Shown here: positions 51,304-58,606 of the stretch, piece after piece
How positions within the stretch are numbered: position 1 is the stretch's first letter
How the letters are laid out: every line of letters starts with the position of its first letter
Source of the DNA: a virus
Lineage: Duplodnaviria > Heunggongvirae > Uroviricota > Caudoviricetes
Strand: one strand, 5' to 3'
Length of the DNA stretch: 58,606 nucleotides
Virus record (IMG/VR): IMGVR_UViG_3300031992_000010
Notes under the pieces: model-generated
Told to the model about the DNA's origin: nothing
Database searches by the model: none
The model's input: only the letters and a program-made list of their open reading frames with translations
Program-made: the position numbers and the translations under genes

Positions 51304-52293
51304 TTAACCCCATAATGTGTGGTATATGTTAAAGACACCTTTTTCCTTATTACGGACTTCGAAAGGCCCATAAAATTTATTGTCATAATCCGAATAATAA
51401 TACAATTCCTTTGGTACCTCATCGGTAAATCCAATCATCGGGACAAGGTTCCCGTCATTCAGTTCCTTCTTTGTATAAATATATCCGGAATTTGCCTTTA
51501 CCGATGGCATATCACCACTACGGGTGGCAAACCCAAATAGTGCATCGCGGATGGTATCACCTTTCAATTCCGTCCCTTCCGGTCCAAAATTGTATTTATC
51601 GTATATTTCATTCAGTTCCTTTTCATTGGTGACATTGAACTCATTTAGGTCAATCCATTTAACCTGCCAATGGGTTGTGTGATAATTGCCGAGAATTAAA
51701 TAACGATGCATCAGGATTTCCTCTATCCAGGCATTTGTTTGTTGTAATCTATTGTTATGCTCGGTTTGGGCCTTCCAAAATTTCTCCCTCATTGCCGTTA
51801 TCCTACCATCAAGGTTAACAGGCAGTTTTTTCCCACCATTTAACTTCATAAGGGTGTCGTACAATTTGGTAAGTAACTTGTTTTTGGCGTCATCATCCGT
51901 TTTGATTCGCCATATATTTGTGGTGATGGCATCCACGGCGGCCGTTATCCAAAATAAGGTCTCACCCGGTGCCACTTCGGCAAAGCCGCGTTTTTTTACA
52001 AATTTTACCCCATCATCGATGATGAATTTTGCGAGTTTCCATATATTGGAAGTTGTCGCATCCTTACGTACCTCCGAGTAAAGTTTATTATATTGGCTCA
52101 ATACCTTCGGATCGTTATTGTCCAGCCACCCCCGGAGATTATTTTCGGCCTCATCGTCAATACCCCCATATAGGTCGTATTGTTTTGAAATTTGCAACAA
52201 TTTTTGTACCCCCTGTTTATCAACCGGAAGATTTTCCATTTCCCGGTCAAAATCAAAGAAACTTGCCTCGACTATATTTATTAGATGTTTCAT
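51304..52293 (-). CDS. hypothetical protein with CTS-like leader (MKHLINIVE-A)
   Basis: 329-aa ORF at the end of the minus-strand cluster. Confidence 0.75.
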   Translation of the reverse strand: MKHLINIVEASFFDFDREMENLPVDKQGVQKLLQISKQYDLYGGIDDEAENNLRGWLDNNDPKVLSQYNKLYSEVRKDATTSNIWKLAKFIIDDGVKFVKKRGFAEVAPGETLFWITAAVDAITTNIWRIKTDDDAKNKLLTKLYDTLMKLNGGKKLPVNLDGRITAMREKFWKAQTEHNNRLQQTNAWIEEILMHRYLILGNYHTTHWQVKWIDLNEFNVTNEKELNEIYDKYNFGPEGTELKGDTIRDALFGFATRSGDMPSVKANSGYIYTKKELNDGNLVPMIGFTDEVPKELYYYSDYDNKFYGPFEVRNKEKGVFNIYHTLWG

Positions 52294-52344
52294 ATTTTCC
52301 TCTATTTTTTAAAACAATTATTTTTTGCAAATTTCCCATATTTA

Positions 52345-52392
52345 TTATATTCGTAATAAGGATTCGTTGATTCTTTGGTTCAAATGTTTCAT
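52345..52392 (-). other. 15-codon mini-ORF MKHLNQRINESLLRI (leader-only peptide or gene remnant)
   Basis: Hand-translated. It fills the gap between two leader-bearing genes. Confidence 0.5.
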
Positions 52393-52402
52393 AGTTCCAA
52401 TT

Positions 52403-52684
52403 TTATTTTAATCTTTTGACTTGTTCCTCAACCCATTCGTTTGGATACTGTTTTATGTCCTCAATATCAAAATACATTAATTCACCCAAATATGAAAAAT
52501 CTTTGGGAAGAGATTTGGATTTATTATCATAATCCATATATTTTTTACGTTTCCAAACTTGGACCATATATTGATTTCCGTGTTTAACCTCAACGAATTT
52601 ATACATACCATCGGACAAGCCCTTTATTACAACTTTACCATTATGTGGTTTTGATTCTAACATAATTTCATTCAAATGTCTCAT
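52403..52684 (-). CDS. hypothetical protein with CTS-like leader (MRHLNEIMLE-S)
   Basis: 93-aa ORF in the cluster. Confidence 0.75.
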   Translation of the reverse strand: MRHLNEIMLESKPHNGKVVIKGLSDGMYKFVEVKHGNQYMVQVWKRKKYMDYDNKSKSLPKDFSYLGELMYFDIEDIKQYPNEWVEEQVKRLK

Positions 52685-52686
52685 AT

Positions 52687-53109
52687 TTATATGTTTTTAT
52701 TTCTTATCATTAATCTTACGGTACAAACACCATACCGGGGTGCACTAAAATGCATCAAATATTGTTTACCGGTTTTTGGGTCATAATGTCCACACGCGGT
52801 GGATGGAGTCCACTTTGCGATTGCATTCAAATTTTTCCTTATACCGGGATGACCGGCATACATTGTACCAAATATAGGTTCATACAAACTATCCAGGGTG
52901 CACCATACCCGGTCAAACATATCGACCACCCAAGGTTTTTTCTCTATGTTCACCCTAAACTCATAGTAACCAAGAGGGTAGTCCTTGTCGTCCTTCTTGG
53001 AATATGAGAAATATTTCTCCACCTGCGAAATAAGTACCTCCCAACTTTTGGTAATTGTATCCGTGTCCGTGAGTTTAGGTGCCGATATGGATTCGTATAA
53101 ATGCCTCAT
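52687..53109 (-). CDS. hypothetical protein with CTS-like leader (MRHLYE-S)
   Basis: 140-aa ORF in the cluster. Confidence 0.75.
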   Translation of the reverse strand: MRHLYESISAPKLTDTDTITKSWEVLISQVEKYFSYSKKDDKDYPLGYYEFRVNIEKKPWVVDMFDRVWCTLDSLYEPIFGTMYAGHPGIRKNLNAIAKWTPSTACGHYDPKTGKQYLMHFSAPRYGVCTVRLMIRNKNI

Positions 53110-53172
53110 ATTTATGTGTTTTTTCGATTACATTTTCCTTATTTTCAATATTATGAATAATTATATTTTTAA

Positions 53173-53568
53173 TTACACACCAAAACCATTTTCCCAATCA
53201 TTCATAACAATATCCACCCATTTTTCTAAATCCTTGGTAATTTTAGCCGGGTAACTATATGCATCTATAAAACCTCCTGAAAAATTCCGGAACGTTTTAA
53301 TGTCATTTATATAATTAGATTGGGCTTTAATAATATCATTATTTAAATTATACTCTATCAAAATATCCACATCATATTCTTGCATCATCTCAATGGTACA
53401 ATAGAATATATTGTTTTTTATTTTAATATCTTTTATATTGTCGCATTCAAATAAATTTTTCAAAATTTGTTCTATATCATCTATAGGAAAATTTGATTTC
53501 GCTTCATTTATCAATCCTATTTCCCCATCAATTAATTCAAATAATATATTTTCACTTAAATGTTTCAT
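53173..53568 (-). CDS. AT-rich hypothetical protein with CTS-like leader (MKHLSENILFE)
   Basis: 131-aa ORF, visibly more AT-rich than its neighbours. Confidence 0.7.
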   Translation of the reverse strand: MKHLSENILFELIDGEIGLINEAKSNFPIDDIEQILKNLFECDNIKDIKIKNNIFYCTIEMMQEYDVDILIEYNLNNDIIKAQSNYINDIKTFRNFSGGFIDAYSYPAKITKDLEKWVDIVMNDWENGFGV

Positions 53569-53578
53569 ATCATTTTGC

Positions 53579-54076
53579 TTATTTTCCTAAATAACCTTGT
53601 GATTTCCAACCTGTTATTATTTGTTTTAATGTGGCCGTTGCGTAATGTCGGCGATAAAATGATAGACGTTTGCCATATTGATCGTATAGTCTATCCAATT
53701 CGGATTTTTTAATGGTTGCCGAATATACAAATAATTCATATTTTGGGGGCTCCCCTATGGAACCGGCATATGAGTATTTGAGTGATACCTTACCCAAATC
53801 CTTCCATTTTTGCTTACCTATAATTTTCTCAATATCCTTAATCGATCTCCATTCCTGACCATCATTAAAGCGTATACCTCCATTGGCACACATATAACCC
53901 TTATCGTCCTCGGGGGACCAAATAAGACATGCCCTGTTTCTTCCGGTGGTAAGGTCAAGGTTACTATCGATATAATCATTTGTTTCCAATGCAATTACCT
54001 TTACCTCATCATTATTGACCATTGGCCGGGTTAGGCCTCCAAGTGCCTCCATTATTTTATTTTTGAGTGTTTCCAT
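53579..54076 (-). CDS. hypothetical protein with CTS-like leader (METLKNKIME-A)
   Basis: 165-aa ORF downstream of a minus-strand promoter. Confidence 0.75.
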   Translation of the reverse strand: METLKNKIMEALGGLTRPMVNNDEVKVIALETNDYIDSNLDLTTGRNRACLIWSPEDDKGYMCANGGIRFNDGQEWRSIKDIEKIIGKQKWKDLGKVSLKYSYAGSIGEPPKYELFVYSATIKKSELDRLYDQYGKRLSFYRRHYATATLKQIITGWKSQGYLGK

Positions 54077-54122
54077 ATTTTATATTTCCTTTTTTTATAA
54101 ATGGATTATCCCAGTTGATTGT

Positions 54123-54151
54123 AATATATAGGGAAATACCAAAAAATTTAA
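54123..54151 (-). promoter_or_regulatory. TTAAAT-N17-TATATT promoter-like site on the minus strand
   Basis: The plus strand reads AATATA-N17-ATTTAA. Confidence 0.7.
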
Positions 54152-54159
54152 GGTAATAA

Positions 54160-54834
54160 TTATAAATTTTTCACATCCGTATCGCAAACAAATGATTTTG
54201 CCTGAATATTGGCCTTCATAGCGTAATATTTTGTGATTTTTCCCGGATTTCCGGTACATTTAAAGGTACCATCTATTTTGGCACATCCAATCAGGCCGTC
54301 AATGCCTTCAATGCCACAATCGCAAACATTATATACGCCGCCCAATTCATCGGTGCCGCAAATTGTTTTTGGTCCCTCCTTCAATGATGTCAATCTTGGA
54401 TTATGATGTGCTATGAATTGTACACAACATTTTGGTGCTCCGGTTAAGGCCGTCAAATTATTATTTGAACAATTATACACATCCACAACAAGCGGTCCGC
54501 CACGTAATGTTCTTAATGCCGGATTATTTGCACAATTAAATGCATTGCATTCCTCCGGACAGCCACGTAATACCTTCAAGTCATTATTACTTATATCAAA
54601 ATTACCTGCTATATATTTGAATTGGATAAATGATGGGAATGACGATAATCCCTTTCCGGATAAATCCACATCACCATCAACGTTGATTGTCATATCGCCA
54701 TTAATGCGGTAGTTTTTTAATCCCATTTTCTTACACCAACCAACAATTTTTAGATATGTATCATTACCCTCTATATTAAGTGGTGTATTACCAATATGTT
54801 TTTGTTCGGTTATAAAATTATAAAGATGTTCCAT
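54160..54834 (-). CDS. LRR-like repeat protein with CTS-like leader (MEHLYNFITE-Q)
   Basis: About 22-aa repeats: F.C.NN.L..L.G.P. Confidence 0.65.
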   Translation of the reverse strand: MEHLYNFITEQKHIGNTPLNIEGNDTYLKIVGWCKKMGLKNYRINGDMTINVDGDVDLSGKGLSSFPSFIQFKYIAGNFDISNNDLKVLRGCPEECNAFNCANNPALRTLRGGPLVVDVYNCSNNNLTALTGAPKCCVQFIAHHNPRLTSLKEGPKTICGTDELGGVYNVCDCGIEGIDGLIGCAKIDGTFKCTGNPGKITKYYAMKANIQAKSFVCDTDVKNL

Positions 54835-54895
54835 TATATATCTTTTATTTAAATAAAAATAGGGAGTTGCCCCCCTATTTTTAGGAATTTGTTAA

Positions 54896-57505
54896 TTATT
54901 CAATTATTTGTGAACTTAAACCACCTGTTTTGTAAAGTGTTAACTCCTGTACCATCTTACCGGCACACATAGCAGGTTCAATATTAATTGAGATAACCAA
55001 CATTTCGTTATCGATAATTTCATTTGTGTTATTGCTTCTATCACAAACGTTTTCGAAGCGTGTAATACCACCATTTGTAACACAGGTTTCACAAATCTTA
55101 TCGGCGCGCGATTTAAGTGTATCACGTAATGAGGCCGTGTTCTTATCCCAGTGGTAGGCCTTCATCATATTTTCGATTTCATCCTGTAGGAATATCGTCA
55201 ACTCACGTACGTGGATTTTACTCAAAGCCGTTTCCGGTTTTTGTTTTGCCGTTTGGTTTGAGTTGATATATGTACCGATAAGTGGCTCGTATACCATGGC
55301 ATTTACACCCATTGGTTCCAATATATCCAAATCGGCACGTGAGAAGTTGTAATCAGGTCCGACCAATCCCGGAGCCGTTAGATAACCATATTTTGCACCC
55401 GCAACGGCGTCAAATACGTGACGTGTTGTAAATTTATCCATAAATAGGTTACTTACCAACGCTGCGGCAGGAACAACGGTATTAACGGTTCCATCCGAAA
55501 ATACAAGCGGGGTGTTATATGAGCAGAAACTTGCGCCATTTCCTTCACCGACCAACGAGAATCTTACACTTGCAGGTTTTTGTTTATTACATCCATCGGC
55601 AATGTATTTAACCTGGAATCTGCCATTTGAATCCTTGAATGATGTGTATGGGCATGTCTTAAATGTATTAACCGATGGGAAGTTAACGAATGCGAATGCA
55701 TCGCCATTTTCCTTCGCAATTAATGAAATTGTCGACTGACACTCGGCCTCAACCAAACCTTCGAATGTTGAAACAATATATCTCCACGTTACATCCTTAC
55801 GGTTTGTCAATCCAATACGGATACCTTCATAATCGGTCAATGCCGAAAGAATTGTTTTCTGCCATTGGAGTTTATCCCATTGATTCAACGATGCAGGCTT
55901 CATATCGGAATCCATTTGTGTATAACCTTCAATATAAATTGGTTCACTATTGGTATTGATATCACCCATTGTGTGTGAATACAAATAAATACCATCAGGT
56001 TCGGTACCAAATATGTCGCGGCTGAATTTGATTGTTATATCGGTTGGCTCGGCATCGTCACCATCCGCATATCCAACGGTAACCTCCGAAATTGTTGATA
56101 AACGGCCATCCTTTGCGATTACACGATCACCAACGGCAAGCCCAGATGCAATCCATTTTTGGGCATTTCCACTTTGTAAATATGCAGGGGAATCACCTTG
56201 TGCCGCAACATATGTATCACCATCACCAAATGAGTATTTGTAGAAGTTGATTGAAGCGGAATCACCTTCGATTGTATTAAATTCGAATGACCCGGTTACA
56301 GGGGAACCTTCGGTTTCAACCCATTCACCTACGGAAATTGTTGCCGTAACACCATTAGGAATATTGAATATACCATTTTTAATACCAATCATTTCAGGGG
56401 AACCCGGTAACATTTCAAGCGATCCGACACCTGTTGTTGAAATCATATCAACCGTAAATGGTTTATCCTCACCTTTTATTTTATATACACCATTATCCAA
56501 CAAATCACTATTGAAATTCATCATCATTTTGTGGATTGAATAATCCGCGTTGAATAATAAATCCAATGAAATGTAATTTTCACGTGAATCCTTGAAGAAT
56601 GGTAATGTCACACCGGTGTATACATTAATAAAGTTGGATGCATCATCCTCCGAAAGGGCCTCCAACGTATTAACCTTGTCACCGAATGAATTTTCAATAT
56701 ATGGTTTCAAAACAACGTTACCATCATTCGTAATATCGAAATAACGTTTTAAATTTGAGGTTGAAACTACATCCTTTGTGAATTTACCTCTAAATACATA
56801 TATCTTCATAAGGAAATCCGAAACCATCATATCCTCATAACCCTCAAAGTATGTAGGCATTTCCTCCGATGCAACAGCCGAATACCATTCCTTGATTGTA
56901 ACATCATAACGGTTGTCGGTATATCCGCACATAAAGATTGTATTTGATGAATCCTTTGAATCCGCTGCAACAACGGAAACATATTTATTTAATATTTGGT
57001 TTCCTTTTTCATCAACGGCCTCAATGGCTGTCGAAGGACTTAAAGCCCAAAATCTTGTGGTATCATAAATATCCTCGATTTTAAGATCCTTCAATTCGAA
57101 TGCCTTAAATTCATCAGGATTTTCACCACCCGCCTCAATCAATTCATCCTTAACCGGATTGAATGTAATACCTTTTACATAACTATACTTTTTGGCATCC
57201 TCACCTTCACCATATGTGAATTTTTTAAGGTTCAATGCCAAAATAGGGCCACGTTCAAGTGCCTGTAATGCATTACGATGGAAGTACACACCACGTTTCT
57301 CCAATTGTCTTGAGATACCACCGAAAATACGGATAAATTCCGTTTGGTTTTTAACGTAAACCGGTGTATTGAATGGGCCTTTGTTGGAATAACCAACGAC
57401 CAATCTTAATATCTCCGCAGTTGGATTGTCACGTTGTGACTTATCCCAAACAAAGCGATAAAAACCGCTCGATTTGATGTTTGCTAAATAACTTGGTATA
57501 CTCAT
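54896..57505 (-). CDS. gp18: tail sheath protein (T4 gp18-like)
   Basis: N-terminal SSGFYRFVWD and GPFNTPVYV. C-terminal VAGAKYG, LSKIHVREL and VCDRSNNTNEIIDNEML. Confidence 0.85.
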   Translation of the reverse strand: MSIPSYLANIKSSGFYRFVWDKSQRDNPTAEILRLVVGYSNKGPFNTPVYVKNQTEFIRIFGGISRQLEKRGVYFHRNALQALERGPILALNLKKFTYGEGEDAKKYSYVKGITFNPVKDELIEAGGENPDEFKAFELKDLKIEDIYDTTRFWALSPSTAIEAVDEKGNQILNKYVSVVAADSKDSSNTIFMCGYTDNRYDVTIKEWYSAVASEEMPTYFEGYEDMMVSDFLMKIYVFRGKFTKDVVSTSNLKRYFDITNDGNVVLKPYIENSFGDKVNTLEALSEDDASNFINVYTGVTLPFFKDSRENYISLDLLFNADYSIHKMMMNFNSDLLDNGVYKIKGEDKPFTVDMISTTGVGSLEMLPGSPEMIGIKNGIFNIPNGVTATISVGEWVETEGSPVTGSFEFNTIEGDSASINFYKYSFGDGDTYVAAQGDSPAYLQSGNAQKWIASGLAVGDRVIAKDGRLSTISEVTVGYADGDDAEPTDITIKFSRDIFGTEPDGIYLYSHTMGDINTNSEPIYIEGYTQMDSDMKPASLNQWDKLQWQKTILSALTDYEGIRIGLTNRKDVTWRYIVSTFEGLVEAECQSTISLIAKENGDAFAFVNFPSVNTFKTCPYTSFKDSNGRFQVKYIADGCNKQKPASVRFSLVGEGNGASFCSYNTPLVFSDGTVNTVVPAAALVSNLFMDKFTTRHVFDAVAGAKYGYLTAPGLVGPDYNFSRADLDILEPMGVNAMVYEPLIGTYINSNQTAKQKPETALSKIHVRELTIFLQDEIENMMKAYHWDKNTASLRDTLKSRADKICETCVTNGGITRFENVCDRSNNTNEIIDNEMLVISINIEPAMCAGKMVQELTLYKTGGLSSQIIE

Positions 57506-57629
57506 TTTATAATATTTTTTTTAATATAAAAATAAATGAAGTGCCATACAAAATTAAATTTTACCATATATTAGGAGAAACAATTAAAAAAAATAATATC
57601 CGGACTTATTTTTTAGAAAAATATTCCCT

Positions 57630-58241
57630 ATGAATTTTTGGATTTTTGGCTCAAATAGAACTGTTATTGCATACGGCAAAACACCGGTCATTAAGGCCGT
57701 TAGTGCACGTTGGGCAAGTTTATTGGTAATTGATTTAAATTTGGGTATTAAAAACTTTACCCTTAATAATAATACTATAACATGTCATAAACAAAAGGTT
57801 GCGACCGTAATTTCGAAATATGAATTTATTAATAATATTTTCAATCCGAAACCAAAGCCACAACCAAAACCTCAACCGGTAAACCCTATTGAGGTGATTG
57901 GGACAATCCAACCGGAGGAACCTATAATTATAGAGGAAATCCCGGAGGAGGAAATTAAGGTGGAGGAAATTAAGGTGGAGGAAAAGGTTAAGAAACCAAA
58001 GTTTCTTCCACATATCGTAGTACGTGATGAGGAAAAGGTTGTGGAACCGGTATATGGCCCGGGATTTGAGGTCATTATTAAACCACCGGTTGAACAACCG
58101 GAACCAATCGTTGAGGAACCTGCCGTAATTGAGGAGGTAAAACCTGAACCGGTTGAGGAAAAGGTTGAGGAAAAGGTTGAGGAACCGAAACCTAAAAAGA
58201 AACGTAAATATACAAAACGAAAAAAATCCAATAAGGAGTAA
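57630..58241 (+). CDS. hypothetical P/E/K/V-rich protein
   Basis: 203-aa low-complexity ORF with a basic tail. Confidence 0.65.
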   Translation: MNFWIFGSNRTVIAYGKTPVIKAVSARWASLLVIDLNLGIKNFTLNNNTITCHKQKVATVISKYEFINNIFNPKPKPQPKPQPVNPIEVIGTIQPEEPIIIEEIPEEEIKVEEIKVEEKVKKPKFLPHIVVRDEEKVVEPVYGPGFEVIIKPPVEQPEPIVEEPAVIEEVKPEPVEEKVEEKVEEPKPKKKRKYTKRKKSNKE

Positions 58242-58245
58242 AAAT

Positions 58246-58278
58246 AAGGTCCATAATTAAATTTATGGACCTTTTTTT
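58246..58278 (+). terminator. intrinsic terminator with TTAAAT loop
   Basis: AAGGTCCATAA-TTAAAT-TTATGGACCTT followed by a T run. Confidence 0.85.
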
Positions 58279-58312
58279 ATATATTAATATGTAAGTTAAA
58301 TTTAAAGGATGG
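58257..58312 (+). promoter_or_regulatory. promoter plus leader cassette overlapping the terminator
   Basis: TTAAAT-N17-TATATT followed by AATATGTAAGTTAAATTTAAAGGATGG. Confidence 0.85.
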
Positions 58313-58316
58313 AAAT

Positions 58317-58606
58317 ATGAAGTCAACGGTTAGATTTTGGAATGGTGAATTAAGTAACATCGATGGTTGGGAATGTTTTATTTACGATAGAATGACCAAT
58401 ACCGATAAAACCCGCAAGGATAAAACCAACCGTCGGTATTACCGTTATTATAATGACGGCGATTTTCCACGTGGCCTAAAACAGGAAAATGGTAATCCAA
58501 TTTATGGTTGGATGAACGGCTCCGCCGCAGGCAGACAAATTATCGAAACCGCCTTGGAAAAAACGGTTGAGAATAATGCAAGATATATGATTAAAAAATA
58601 TATGAC
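58317..58606 (+). CDS. 3'-truncated hypothetical protein (MKSTVRFWNGEL...)
   Basis: Hand-translated. Open to the window end and preceded by a promoter cassette. Confidence 0.75.
   Translation, partial: MKSTVRFWNGELSNIDGWECFIYDRMTNTDKTRKDKTNRRYYRYYNDGDFPRGLKQENGNPIYGWMNGSAAGRQIIETALEKTVENNARYMIKKYM

Noticed and set aside
54855-54880. Terminator after the sheath gene
   Set aside because: The stem is only about 5 bp with a mismatch, too weak to call; read-through into the tagged-gene island is possible.
45-58231. Many short overlapping or antisense ORFs in the six-frame track (e.g. 511-996, 17770-18399, 46073-46648, 57872-58231)
   Set aside because: They are shadows of longer genes with biased or repetitive codons and have no motifs or expression signals of their own.
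1-58606. Stop-codon reassignment as in Lak-type megaphages
   Set aside because: Long core genes are uninterrupted in code 11, and both TAG (21720, 26708) and TGA (50709, 51227) end genes sensibly.

Overview
The window is a 58.6-kb segment of a large, AT-rich, T4-related (jumbo-type) myophage genome, read in the standard genetic code. Recognisable core genes are a family B DNA polymerase, a gp47/Mre11-like nuclease, NrdD and NrdG, NDK, an RpoD-like sigma factor, terminase large subunit, a gp20-like portal, tail sheath, neck and baseplate proteins. It also has a 14-kb tail-fibre/adhesin block and three related free-standing endonuclease genes, one with its catalytic core deleted. NrdD and the adhesin types suggest an anaerobic, possibly Bacteroidota, host (inference). 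Three patterns stand out. (1) About 12-16 unrelated proteins, including the sigma factor and NDK, begin with a T4 capsid-targeting-like leader (MKHL...[IL]xE-[GSA]). (2) Ten TTAAAT-N17-TATATT promoter-like sites occur, and in four of them the TTAAAT is exactly the loop of a terminator hairpin. Together (1) and (2) suggest a virion-delivered sigma factor acting on its own promoter set. (3) The tail-fibre genes are built from cassettes bounded by a fixed 19-codon motif. No tRNA, CRISPR array, intron, intein or reverse transcriptase was seen. All family assignments come from motif recognition by eye; no database searches were run.
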